Positions 33,832 to 43,396 are shown, numbered from the stretch's first letter. The stretch: 64,000 nucleotides of DNA from Candidatus Hydrogenedentota bacterium (GCA_963745075.1 CAVUWV010000027.1:1-64000); one strand, 5' to 3'. Made by a program: numbers and translations. The notes: generated by a model from the letters alone, not told the origin.

Positions 33832-34357
33832 ATGAATGATTTTCTGACAATCCTGCAGAAGACCGGCGCATGGATATGGAATCAGAAGGAAAAGATGGTC
33901 CTCCTGATTCTCGTGGGTGTGTTGTGTTTCCGGGTGTATCAAGTCGTCAACGGGCCGCCGCCTCAGGACAGCGACGTCGGGATCGGCGACTTCGTCGAAT
34001 GAGCCGGAACCTAAAGCACCCGCTTCCCGTAAGGAGCGCATCCGGCCCGTTGAGTACCAAAGTCTGGTTCAGCGAAACCCCTTCTCAATCTGGGGCATAT
34101 CCAGCGGCGGAGAGGATCAGCGGGGCGGCGAAGAGCGTATCGACCTGACTCTGGTTCGAATAGTCCCTTGGAACGATGGGACTTATCGGGCTGAAATCGT
34201 CAGTTCCCGCGATGCTCGACCCCGGCGGTATGAAGAGGGGGAACCCTTTGAAGGCTACCGAATCATCAGCATCGATCCGGCCGCCAATACGGTCACAGTG
34301 TATTCGAGCGAATACGACAAGAATTTTACGCTTAAGGCCCAACAAGCGGCACCTTGA
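33832..34357 (+). CDS. PilP/GspC-like protein (frameshift near 33990)
   Basis: MNDFLTILQK...LLILVGVLC TM, then RNPF motif and beta-rich YEEGEPFEGYRIISID end; position before the secretin. Confidence 0.55.
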
Positions 34358-34412
34358 GCGGGGAGAGTGAATTGAGTATAGTTGATAAAAATTGCGGGAG
34401 GAATACACGCTC

Positions 34413-37400
34413 ATGAGTAACTGGTTGCCGCGGTCGACCACCGCACACAGCCTCATTGTTGCCTTGCTGGTTACCTTCATGGCGCCCGTCGCCGGGGTCG
34501 CCATAGCCCAGCAATCCGATGCCCCGGCATCGGCTGATGCAGCAAGTACAGCAGGGGACAGCGCCGCTCCCGAAGGGATCTCCGAGGCCGATAAATACTA
34601 TCGGGAAGGATTGTCCCTATACAGCCAAGATATGTATCGGGAAGCGCTGAACGAATTCAACCGAGCCTTAGCCTTGGATCCCAATCACGAAAACGCCCAA
34701 AAAATGGTCGTTAAATGTGAGGGTAAGATTCAAATGGCTGCGGCCGGCGAAAAGCCAAGCGCAGTCGAAAGCTTCAATGTCTTCGACCCCGGAACAATCA
34801 AGAGCGAATCCGAGGGTGGCGCCCCGGAGTCCGCGGAAGACCTGAAGTACTCGCGGACGAAAGAGTTGATGGAACAAGGACAGTTCTATCTCGAAAACAG
34901 AAAGTACTCGAAAGCGCAACAGTACTTCGAGCAAATCCTCTTGATCGATCCCGGCAATAAAACAGCGACTCGACTGCTCGCCGAGGCCACCGTGGGAGCC
35001 TACAAGGACCAACTCCACGAGGACTGGCAACAGTTGGAGATCGACCGGCAGAAAATCCGGTCCGGCATCGAACGAACCAAGCTGCTTCCGGACGGGTCCG
35101 ATGACAAGGGGATCAAAGCCCCGCAGATTTCGGTGCCTGTTGAGGAAGAGCAGTATGCGACCGAGAAGGAAAAGACCGACGTCGAAAAGGCGTTGGATTC
35201 GCCGGTCTCGATCGAATTTGAAGATGAACACATTACGCGTATCACCGACTTCGTTGCCGAATACGTGGGGATCAACATCGTCGTTGACGCACGTGTAGTA
35301 CTACCCCCGCGGCAGACGCCCCCGGCCACTGCAGGCCCTGGAGGCGCAACGCCGTATCCGGGGGCAGTACCGCCTGCGGGCGGCGGTACGGGAGTCCCCG
35401 GCGGGCTTCCTCCGGGTGCGCTTCCCACCCCGGGAGCGGGAGGACTTCCGCAGCGCGGGCTCGGTTCGCTGAATCCCGGCGGGCTTCAGTATCAGCAGCC
35501 TGGACAGCAACAGACGGTTACGGGTGAAGAAGTCACGGACGGATACGTCCCTTATATCAAGCTCGAGGATGTTCCCCTCAGTGACGCCCTAAAAGCCTTA
35601 TTGCGTCCTTTGAATTTGTCCTATTCCGTACAGCCCGGTTTCCTGTGGATTAGCACCGCGGAGAAGATCCGTACGGAATCTTTTGAAGAACTCGAAACCC
35701 GCATCTACGAACTCCGCAACGCGGGCGCCGAAACGCTGTATAAGATTGTCGTCCGCAACCCCGGTGGCGAAGGCTCTCAAAACTTCGGGATTGGCGGCGG
35801 TGGCGGGGGCGGCTACGGTGGTGGCGGCTACGGTGGTGGCGGCGGCAACTTTGGTGGTGGCGGCGGCAGCTTTGGTGGTGGTGGCGGCAGCTTTGGTGGT
35901 GGCGGCGGCAACTTTGGTGGTGGCGGCGGCAGCTTTGGTGGTGGTGGCGGCAACTTTGGCGGCGGCGGCTACGGTGGTGGTGGCGGCGGCTACGGCGGTG
36001 GTGGTGGCGGCTACGGCGGCGGTGGCGGCGGCTACGGCGGCGGTGGCGGCGGCTACGGCGGCGGTCGCGGTGGCGGCGGTGGCGGCTACGGCGGCGGCGG
36101 ACGTCAATTCTCGAATATCTCTGATCTTTTCGGTAGCATTTCTGATACCCTCGTTGGTGAAACGCCGGCCGTAATTGGTCTGAGCGCAAGCGGAACTGGC
36201 CTCACAGCAGGCTCTCTCGGGGGCGGCGCCGCCGGTGGTGGCGGCCGTGGCGGCCGTGGCGGCCGTGGCGGAGCAGGCGGACTCGGTGCCCAAGGGGGTG
36301 CCGCCGGTGGTCAGTATGGTGGCGGTCTTCAGGGCAGTCAATACGGCGAATCGAGCACCAGTCTGGGCGGCGCGTCCGGCTTGGGTGGTTTCCAGGGGCA
36401 GGCGGAAGTTCTCACGATTCTCGAGAACGCAATCCCGCCGGTTATCGAACCGTACACGGGCGAAGTGCTGTCTTGGATGGTCTACAATCCAGCCATTAAC
36501 CAATTGCTGGTTCATTCGACGCCAACCTATCTGAACACGTTGGAGGAGTTGATCTCGAATCTCGACGTGACTCCGAAGCAGGTGAGCATCGAGTCGAAAT
36601 TTGTCACGATTAGTGTGAGCGACATGGACAAGATCGGGTTCACGTGGGATGTCACATTGAGCGATCAGAACGATCGGTCGCGTCAAATTGCGGACCTGCA
36701 GGATGCAACGCGTTCGTATGACGTAGACGGTGACGGCACGCTGGAGAGTATTCCGTTCTACTCGAAGCCCGATGGCACCCAAGTCATCGACAACACCGTC
36801 CTTTCAAGCGTTATCAACGCGGCGGCGAATCCGGGACCGGCCGGCACGACTTCGATTGCCGGCACGATTCTGAATAACGCCGACGGTGACACGCTCAGCG
36901 TGACGATGGATTATCTCAACAGCTTGACGGATACCGAGTTGCTGAGTGCGCCGCGCGTGACCACCATGAACCGGAAACCGGCGGTCATTGCCGACATCCT
37001 GACGCAGACGTTCAATACGCAGGTGATTTCAACGTTGCAGACGAGCGATGCCGGCTTTGGCGGCACACCGACGACCAGCGCGCAACAGCAGTTGCTGTTC
37101 ACGCAATTCTTCTTCGGGATTACCCTGTCGGTTACGCCGCAGATCACGGGCGGCAATCAGGTGCGTCTGTGGCTCAATCCTCAGGTGACGACCCAGGCGG
37201 GCATCGATTCCTTTGTCCAGCGCAGTGTCATCAACGGGGACACGCTCGAAGCGGAGATTTCGTTCCCGCGTACCTCGATTCAATCCGTCTGGACGAACGT
37301 CATCGTGCATGACGGCGATACGCTGGTGCTCGGCGGCTTGATTACGGACCGAACCACGAAAGGGCAGGAGAAACTTCCGTACCTGGCGGATATCCCGGTA

Positions 37401-37517
37401 ATCGGATTCCTGTTCCGCGGCAAGTCTTCGGAAATCAACCAGTCCAGCCTGCTCATCTTCGTCACGGTTGATATTATCGACCCGACCGGTGCGCGCTTCT
37501 TCGAAGCGGCATCGTAA
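34413..37517 (+). CDS. pilQ: Secretin (PilQ/GspD family) with N-terminal TPR repeats and Gly-rich insert
   Basis: Signal peptide; TPRs (FNRALALDPNH; FEQILLIDPGN); QVSIESKFV, LLSAPRVTTMN, GITLSVTPQI, VHDGDTLVLGGLI, LPYLADIPVIGFLF. Confidence 0.92.
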   Translation: MSNWLPRSTTAHSLIVALLVTFMAPVAGVAIAQQSDAPASADAASTAGDSAAPEGISEADKYYREGLSLYSQDMYREALNEFNRALALDPNHENAQKMVVKCEGKIQMAAAGEKPSAVESFNVFDPGTIKSESEGGAPESAEDLKYSRTKELMEQGQFYLENRKYSKAQQYFEQILLIDPGNKTATRLLAEATVGAYKDQLHEDWQQLEIDRQKIRSGIERTKLLPDGSDDKGIKAPQISVPVEEEQYATEKEKTDVEKALDSPVSIEFEDEHITRITDFVAEYVGINIVVDARVVLPPRQTPPATAGPGGATPYPGAVPPAGGGTGVPGGLPPGALPTPGAGGLPQRGLGSLNPGGLQYQQPGQQQTVTGEEVTDGYVPYIKLEDVPLSDALKALLRPLNLSYSVQPGFLWISTAEKIRTESFEELETRIYELRNAGAETLYKIVVRNPGGEGSQNFGIGGGGGGGYGGGGYGGGGGNFGGGGGSFGGGGGSFGGGGGNFGGGGGSFGGGGGNFGGGGYGGGGGGYGGGGGGYGGGGGGYGGGGGGYGGGRGGGGGGYGGGGRQFSNISDLFGSISDTLVGETPAVIGLSASGTGLTAGSLGGGAAGGGGRGGRGGRGGAGGLGAQGGAAGGQYGGGLQGSQYGESSTSLGGASGLGGFQGQAEVLTILENAIPPVIEPYTGEVLSWMVYNPAINQLLVHSTPTYLNTLEELISNLDVTPKQVSIESKFVTISVSDMDKIGFTWDVTLSDQNDRSRQIADLQDATRSYDVDGDGTLESIPFYSKPDGTQVIDNTVLSSVINAAANPGPAGTTSIAGTILNNADGDTLSVTMDYLNSLTDTELLSAPRVTTMNRKPAVIADILTQTFNTQVISTLQTSDAGFGGTPTTSAQQQLLFTQFFFGITLSVTPQITGGNQVRLWLNPQVTTQAGIDSFVQRSVINGDTLEAEISFPRTSIQSVWTNVIVHDGDTLVLGGLITDRTTKGQEKLPYLADIPVIGFLFRGKSSEINQSSLLIFVTVDIIDPTGARFFEAAS
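35793..36101 (+). repeat. Low-complexity tandem repeat encoding GGGGG(N/S)F and GGGGGGY units
   Basis: GGC/GGT runs punctuated roughly every 21 nt by TTT or TAC. Confidence 0.95.
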
Positions 37518-37539
37518 GCATCCATCAACGTACACGATT

Positions 37540-37577
37540 ACGGGCGGTCCGGAACGAATCGGACCGCCCGTTCCTTA
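37540..37577 (+). terminator. Probable intrinsic terminator after secretin
   Basis: ACGGGCGGTCCG-loop-CGGACCGCCCGT stem followed by TCCTTA; weak U-tract. Confidence 0.6.
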
Positions 37578-37584
37578 TCATGGC

Positions 37585-38847
37585 ATGATCTACGCCATCT
37601 ACGACATCGCAACGACACTGACGGCGCCTGTGGCGGCGGGCTGGCTGGCCCTTCGTCCTCGTTTGCGTCCCCTCCTGGCTCGCTTCCATCCTCAGACACC
37701 CTCTCTTCCCGGCCGACCGGTTTGGTTTCAGGCATGCAGCGTCGGTGAACTTGGCGTTACCGCAACCCTGATCCGGCGGTCGGTGGACCGTTGGCCAGAC
37801 ACGCCCTTCCTCATCAGCGCCTCGACCCTTTCCGGCCGAAAGCGCGCCGGTGAATTGCTCCCGGACACGCCGTTTGCATGGTTTCCCGTCGACCAACGGA
37901 ATGTCGTTTCAGGTTTTTTGCGGCGGGTGCGTCCCCGCATGGTGGTACTCGTCGAGACAGAAATCTGGCCGAACGTCATTCGTCTTGCGAAACGGAGCGG
38001 CGTCCCGGTCGTTATTGTGAACGGACGAATCAGCGACCGCCATTACCCCCGGTACTTGCGTTACCGCACATTACTTCGCCCTGTCCTGCAACAACTATCG
38101 GGGGTCGGAGCCCAGAATCCAACCTACGCTGAACGATTCGAACGACTTGGTGTTCCCCATAGCCGCATCCGCGTGACCGGCAACGCTAAATTCGACGGCT
38201 TGCTCAAACGCGTCGACGAAGAGAAGATTGCAGCCATTCGTGCCGAGACGGGGTTAGTTGCCGACGGGCCGGTTGTCGTCTTCGGCAGTACGCGGCCGGG
38301 CGACGAAGTGTTGGCCGCTGCGTGCTGGCGCGTCGTTCGCGAGGCATTTCCGCAGGCGCGACTCGTTGTTGCGCCGCGGCATCTCGAGCGCGTTCCTGAG
38401 GCACGGTCCCTTTTCGACGAGCCCGTCCGCCTGCGCTCCGCCGGCGGCACGGCGCGTTCACGCGCCCGGGTGGTCGTGGTTGATACGCTCGGGGAATTGA
38501 TCTACTTCTACGCACTGGCCGACATCGCGGTCGTGGGCGGAAGTTTCTTTCCCGGGGTGAACGGGCACAATCCCCTGGAACCCGCTGCGCTGGGGATCCC
38601 CACCGTGTTCGGGCCCTACATGAGCAACTTTATGGATCCGGCCACGGCATTGGTAAGCCACGGCGGTGCGGTTCAAGTCGACCGGCCGGAAGAACTCTGC
38701 GACACGCTGATGCGCCTCATGCATTCCCCCGAGGCGACACAACGTCTCGTGGCCTGCGCCCGCTCCGCGATACGAGCAAATGAAGGCGCAACCGAGCGAA
38801 CCGTGGAGTTCTTGGACGCGATCCTGAACGATGGTGCGAGCCGATGA
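37585..38847 (+). CDS. waaA: 3-deoxy-D-manno-octulosonic acid (Kdo) transferase
   Basis: WFQACSVGE, VETEIWPN, NGRIS, TGNAKFD, APRH.ER, DTLGEL, VGGSF and GHNPLEPA motifs. Confidence 0.95.
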   Translation: MIYAIYDIATTLTAPVAAGWLALRPRLRPLLARFHPQTPSLPGRPVWFQACSVGELGVTATLIRRSVDRWPDTPFLISASTLSGRKRAGELLPDTPFAWFPVDQRNVVSGFLRRVRPRMVVLVETEIWPNVIRLAKRSGVPVVIVNGRISDRHYPRYLRYRTLLRPVLQQLSGVGAQNPTYAERFERLGVPHSRIRVTGNAKFDGLLKRVDEEKIAAIRAETGLVADGPVVVFGSTRPGDEVLAAACWRVVREAFPQARLVVAPRHLERVPEARSLFDEPVRLRSAGGTARSRARVVVVDTLGELIYFYALADIAVVGGSFFPGVNGHNPLEPAALGIPTVFGPYMSNFMDPATALVSHGGAVQVDRPEELCDTLMRLMHSPEATQRLVACARSAIRANEGATERTVEFLDAILNDGASR

Positions 38848-38884
38848 GCGCGCCACTCGCGACGTTGGCGCCGGAACGTGTTGC

Positions 38885-39976
38885 ATGGAGAACGAGTGTG
38901 TCTCTGTACAGGGAAGAAAGCGCGACGACGTGAACGGATTGGTCGTATGGGGTGTTGGCATTCTTGCATTCGCCGCCTGTCTACTGTTTCGCCGGCCCCT
39001 TGGAACCGCGGGCGACACTTTCCTCGCCCGGTTGGACGACATCTTCGACCATGCCCGGTTAGCCCGATTCGGCGACGCTCCCAGCGCAGTCCTGCTGCTC
39101 GTTCCGGCTCTCATCATCCTCACCGCGTTTGGGTTTGCGCCCCTCCTGTATGCGGTCTACATCAGCCTCTTCGATGTTCGGGCAGGCGAATTTGTTGCGG
39201 TGGAGAATTATGCGCGCGCCTGGAACGATCCGGAGTTCTGGGGCAGCATCCGCGTGACGATCTACTACGCGCTCGGTACGATTCCCAGTACGCTCGTTTT
39301 GAGTTTCGCTGTCGCGTGGCTGCTCTTTCGCCTGGGGCGCGGGCGCGGGTTGTTCCGAACCGCGTACTTTCTTCCGTACATCACCTCCGTGGTTGCCGCG
39401 GCTACCGTATGGCGTGTCCTGTTGCGACCTCATTCGGGTTACGTGAACGCACTCTTTCAGGCGGTGGGCCTTCCCCCCCAGACCTGGCTCATCGAGCCGC
39501 GCGGCGTGCTATACCTGTTGACCCACGGGTGGTTCGCGCCCGATACGGGGCCGAGTCTCGCATTGTGTTGCATCATCGCATTTGACGTTTGGCACGCCAG
39601 CGGTTTTGCCATCGTTATTTTCCTCGCGGGGTTGACGGCGATTCCACGGGAACTGGAGGAAGCGGCCATCATCGACGGCGCCGGACCGTTCCAGGTTCTT
39701 CGCAGCGTAATCCTCCCGCTGCTGTCGCCGACGGTGTTCTTCCTCTTCATCGTCAGCGCAATCAAGGCCTTCCAGTCATTCAACAGCTTCTATACCCTTA
39801 CCAACACCGCGCGAAGCACCGACACGCAGAATCTGGTGATCTATATCTACGCACAGCTCTACGAGAACCAGCGGTATGGATACGGCGCCACCATTGCCGT
39901 CTGCCTGTGCGTAGCCATCGTCGTGCTGACGCTCCTGCAATGGCGTTTCCTGGGCCGGAAAGTGCACTACCAATGA
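38885..39976 (+). CDS. Carbohydrate ABC transporter permease (UgpA/MalF-like); start uncertain
   Basis: FRTAYFLPYITS, EEAAIIDGA (EAA loop), LPLLSPT. Confidence 0.88.
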   Translation: MENECVSVQGRKRDDVNGLVVWGVGILAFAACLLFRRPLGTAGDTFLARLDDIFDHARLARFGDAPSAVLLLVPALIILTAFGFAPLLYAVYISLFDVRAGEFVAVENYARAWNDPEFWGSIRVTIYYALGTIPSTLVLSFAVAWLLFRLGRGRGLFRTAYFLPYITSVVAAATVWRVLLRPHSGYVNALFQAVGLPPQTWLIEPRGVLYLLTHGWFAPDTGPSLALCCIIAFDVWHASGFAIVIFLAGLTAIPRELEEAAIIDGAGPFQVLRSVILPLLSPTVFFLFIVSAIKAFQSFNSFYTLTNTARSTDTQNLVIYIYAQLYENQRYGYGATIAVCLCVAIVVLTLLQWRFLGRKVHYQ

Positions 39977-40785
39977 ACCGGCGGATACTCTCGTACACGA
40001 TTCTGGCCGCAGGTGCGATGGTGACAACCTTCCCCTTCATGTGGATGATTGGGACGGCGTTCATGTCCGACCGGGAGGCATCCTCGATGTCACTGAGTTT
40101 CTGGCCGGCCGTATGGCATTGGGACAACGTCGCGCAGACGTTTCGGGCCGCCCCGTTCGGACAATATTTTTACAACAGCTTCCTGGTTGCCGCGATTGTT
40201 ACGGCGTCGGTCGTACTCACTTCTCTCTTGGCCGGGTACGCCTTCGCCCGGCTTCGATTCCTCGGAAACCGGCTGGTGTTCGCCCTCGTACTCGCCACGA
40301 TGATGATCCCGTTCGAGGTGACGCTCATTCCCAATTTCCTGATCATCCGCGATTTGGGCTGGTACAACACCTACGCAGCGCTGATCGTGCCCTGGTGTGC
40401 GAACGCCTTCTCCATCTTCCTTCTGCGTCAGGCCTTTCTGGCCCTTCCCGGAGACTATTACGATGCCGCCAAAATCGATGGATGCGGGCATCTGCGATTC
40501 CTGGTCCGCGTCGCCGCGCCGCTGGTGAAACCCACTGTGGTTACCGTCGCCCTGTTCGCTTTTCTCGGAAGCTACAACGCCCTCATGTGGCCGATCATTG
40601 TCACCAGCGATAAGGAAATGCGCGTCGTCCAGTATGGGCTAACTGTCTTTTGGGGCGAGGGCGGAGTGCGCGTGAACCTGCTGATGTGCGCGTCCGCCAT
40701 TGTCATCCTTCCCACCGTGGCGATATACTTCGCGGCACAACGGTATTTTCTCGAAAGTTCGCTCAGCGCCGGTATCAAAGGGTAA
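39973..40785 (+). CDS. Carbohydrate ABC transporter permease (UgpE/MalG-like)
   Basis: PFMWMI, AGYAFARLRF, MIPFEVTLIPN, DAAKIDG. Confidence 0.92.
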   Translation: MNRRILSYTILAAGAMVTTFPFMWMIGTAFMSDREASSMSLSFWPAVWHWDNVAQTFRAAPFGQYFYNSFLVAAIVTASVVLTSLLAGYAFARLRFLGNRLVFALVLATMMIPFEVTLIPNFLIIRDLGWYNTYAALIVPWCANAFSIFLLRQAFLALPGDYYDAAKIDGCGHLRFLVRVAAPLVKPTVVTVALFAFLGSYNALMWPIIVTSDKEMRVVQYGLTVFWGEGGVRVNLLMCASAIVILPTVAIYFAAQRYFLESSLSAGIKG

Positions 40786-40792
40786 GCCCGCC

Positions 40793-42118
40793 ATGTTCGG
40801 TCGAAAGACGTTCCACGTTCTTGTACTGCTTTTCGCGACGGGTTTTTTGATGCGTTGCGGCGTGCCGGGACGCTCGCCCGGAACATCGCCCGGTGCGAAC
40901 GGCGCGTTCACCCCAATCGACAAGAAGGCCGTCGTACTCTGGGATCGACAAACCCTGGAAACCGCCGATTTGATCGGCCAAATCGCAGACGATTTCAACG
41001 CCCAATCGCCTGGTTTGCCGGTGAAAGTGGAACACCTTGGCGGATACTCGGACATCAACCGCAAGGTCTCCGTCAGCATTCAGGCGGGCGTACTCCCTGC
41101 CATGGCGGTCGGTTACGCGACAATGACCAGCGAGTACCTGCATTCCGGCGCCGTGGCCCCGCTCGACCCGTTCGTGAACGATCCCGAAGCGGGTCTTTCC
41201 AAGGACGATTTGGCCGACTTCTTTCCCGGCATGATGGCGACGAACGTCTATCCTCAATTTGGCGGAAAAATCTATTCGTTTCCCTTCACAAAGAGCGTGC
41301 TCATGATGTACTTCAACAAGCGCGTTCTGAAATCCGCGGGAATCGACGATCCGCCGACGACTTGGGAAGAGTTTCTGGACCAATGCCGGCGGATCAAGGC
41401 CAAGGTGGGTATCAGCGCCTACGCAGTGGACATCGATTGCTCGACGATCGACGGGATGATCTACAGCATGGGCGGTGCGTTGGTGCGCGATTCGGAATCC
41501 CTTTTCGATCGACCGCCCGCGGTGAAAGTTTTTGAACTGCTCGAAACGCTGGCCAAGGAAGATCTGGCGTTTCGCATCCAACCCGGTACCTATGACGACC
41601 GAGAGGAATTCGCCCGCGACCGGGCGGCATTCTTTTTCCGATCGAGCAGTCACCGGCCCTATACCGCCGCGCTCATGGCCGCGGCTCCCGATGCCTGGGG
41701 AATGGCGATAATACCCCAGGCCGATCCTGCCAATCCGGTTACGGTGCTGTACGGGGGCGACATCAGCATTTTTCGCACCACTCCCGAACAAGAGCGCAGG
41801 GCATGGGGATTTGTGAAGTACTTTACATCTCCCAAGGTCTCGGTCCAATGGGCTCTTGGAAGCGGGTATTTGCCGATCCGGAAGTCGGCGGCGCGCGACC
41901 CGGATATGCAGGCGTTCTTCGATCGTTGGGAGTACAACCGCGCTGCCTTCGATTGTTTGCCCTACGCCCGGCCCGAACCAAACGTCGTCGGTTGGCAGGA
42001 AGTGCGTACCCTGGTGGAACGCGCGGCATCGGAGGTGATGACCGGTCTGAAATCGGCCGATACCGCCGCATCGGATTTGAAACGAAAGGCCGACGCTGTA
42101 TTGAAAGGGGCGCAATAG
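40793..42118 (+). CDS. Carbohydrate ABC transporter substrate-binding lipoprotein (UgpB-like)
   Basis: Signal with Cys; YSFPFTKS.LMMYFNK, PPTTWEEF, GYLPIRKS. Confidence 0.9.
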   Translation: MFGRKTFHVLVLLFATGFLMRCGVPGRSPGTSPGANGAFTPIDKKAVVLWDRQTLETADLIGQIADDFNAQSPGLPVKVEHLGGYSDINRKVSVSIQAGVLPAMAVGYATMTSEYLHSGAVAPLDPFVNDPEAGLSKDDLADFFPGMMATNVYPQFGGKIYSFPFTKSVLMMYFNKRVLKSAGIDDPPTTWEEFLDQCRRIKAKVGISAYAVDIDCSTIDGMIYSMGGALVRDSESLFDRPPAVKVFELLETLAKEDLAFRIQPGTYDDREEFARDRAAFFFRSSSHRPYTAALMAAAPDAWGMAIIPQADPANPVTVLYGGDISIFRTTPEQERRAWGFVKYFTSPKVSVQWALGSGYLPIRKSAARDPDMQAFFDRWEYNRAAFDCLPYARPEPNVVGWQEVRTLVERAASEVMTGLKSADTAASDLKRKADAVLKGAQ

Positions 42119-42145
42119 ACCTCGTCCGCCCCGGGACCGAACCGA

Positions 42146-42403
42146 CTATTCCGGCGAACCCTCAGCAGAGCCGTCGTGCTCGGCCGCAAAATCCTCCAAG
42201 GCTTCATGGATCTGCATTTTGGTTTCCCGTTCAAGGATATCGTGGTCCGTCTTCCGTCGCTTCAGCGTGCGCCGGTCGTGATGGGTAAAGACGGTGCCAC
42301 CTCCTTTGCGTCTGTCCGGAGACTTGCGGCGATCCTTCTGCCACTTGCCATGTTTGTCCTTGTAGAATCCCGGTCGATGTTCGTCGCTCACGTTGTGCTC
42401 CAC
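42146..42403 (-). CDS. Small basic hypothetical protein with repeated DRR motifs
   Basis: 85-aa ORF filling the gap between convergent genes; DRRKSPDRRK...DRR...RRKTD. Confidence 0.6.
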   Translation of the reverse strand: MEHNVSDEHRPGFYKDKHGKWQKDRRKSPDRRKGGGTVFTHHDRRTLKRRKTDHDILERETKMQIHEALEDFAAEHDGSAEGSPE

Positions 42404-42555
42404 TTGCCTGAATGCATGGGCTCGTTTTCCACGCGGGTTCCGCGCTTCCCGTGAGTATAGGGTGTGCTTGCTTTGCGGTCAAGGCATCGTGCGTGGGTAT
42501 CGTGCGTGGCGGACCGTAGGGGGTTCCGATACCATCGGCGCCGGACCTGTGCCAC

Positions 42556-43329
42556 TCACGTTTCCGGCGGCGGTGTCGCGGATTCCAATTGCCGGTTCCT
42601 TCGGGCGGCTTCGGGGCCGATGATTTCGGACAGCCAAAGGAGCGCCTGTCCGCAACTGGTTGCGGCCGCGTCGAAAATCTCCGTCCCGCTGGCCGGTCCC
42701 CCGTACTCGCGAATCTCACAATGCCCTGCGGCGATCTTCCGCAACGACCGGCAAGTCGCAGACGCAAGCGCGTCGTCCGACGAAACCATCAACAGTAACG
42801 GTCGCCGGCCGTAGCGGCGTATCGCGTCTTTAGCCGAGAGCCCGTCGTCGGTCCGCTGCGGCGAAAGAAGCACCGCCGCCTGGATGTCATCGTGCTCGGC
42901 GGCATATGCGATAGCCAGATTCGCGCCGTCCCGGTCGCCCACAATGGCGACGTTTTCCGGGTCGGCGCCCGCATTGAGCAAGGCCAGTCGCGCCGCCTCA
43001 ATATCGTTTAGTCCCGCCTGGGGATCCATGTCCGAACCGCTGCCCACGGCATCGCTTCGATCGATGGCGACGGAGAGGTAACCTTCCTGTTGTGCTTTCT
43101 CGGCAAACCGGACGAAATCCGACCGACCGCCATTTCGGGCAGGCACCAGGATCAGGCCGGCCGGACGTTTCCGAGTTGGAGCGTACAAGGTACCGACGAT
43201 ACGGGCTCCGTCCTGCGTGAGAAGGGAAATGTCCTGCGGTTTGGGCGTCTCGACCGTGGTGGGGGAATTGCATCGGAGCGTCATCGCAACGACGAACAGG
43301 ATTGCGCCGAAACGGAAAGATCGGGCCAA
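42556..43329 (-). CDS. Exported alpha/beta-hydrolase-fold protein, apparently lacking catalytic Ser/His
   Basis: TQDGARIVGTLY, GYLSVAID, VAIVGDRDGANLA, AAVLLSP; probable TTG start with a signal peptide. Confidence 0.65.
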   Translation of the reverse strand: MARSFRFGAILFVVAMTLRCNSPTTVETPKPQDISLLTQDGARIVGTLYAPTRKRPAGLILVPARNGGRSDFVRFAEKAQQEGYLSVAIDRSDAVGSGSDMDPQAGLNDIEAARLALLNAGADPENVAIVGDRDGANLAIAYAAEHDDIQAAVLLSPQRTDDGLSAKDAIRRYGRRPLLLMVSSDDALASATCRSLRKIAAGHCEIREYGGPASGTEIFDAAATSCGQALLWLSEIIGPEAARRNRQLESATPPPET

Positions 43330-43347
43330 ACCGGTTGGGGAAAGGCA

Positions 43348-43384
43348 AAGAAGTGAAAGGGGACCACCCCGCGGTAGTCCCCCT
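43348..43384 (-). terminator. Intrinsic terminator downstream of SCP2 gene
   Basis: Minus strand GGGGACTACC-GCGG-GGTGGTCCCC followed by TTTCACTTCTT. Confidence 0.6.
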
Positions 43385-43396
43385 GCCCGATCTGGA

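Noticed and set aside
35683..36174. Ala/Val-rich and Arg/His-rich ORFs over the secretin repeat
   Set aside because: Alternative-frame readings of the poly-Gly codons.
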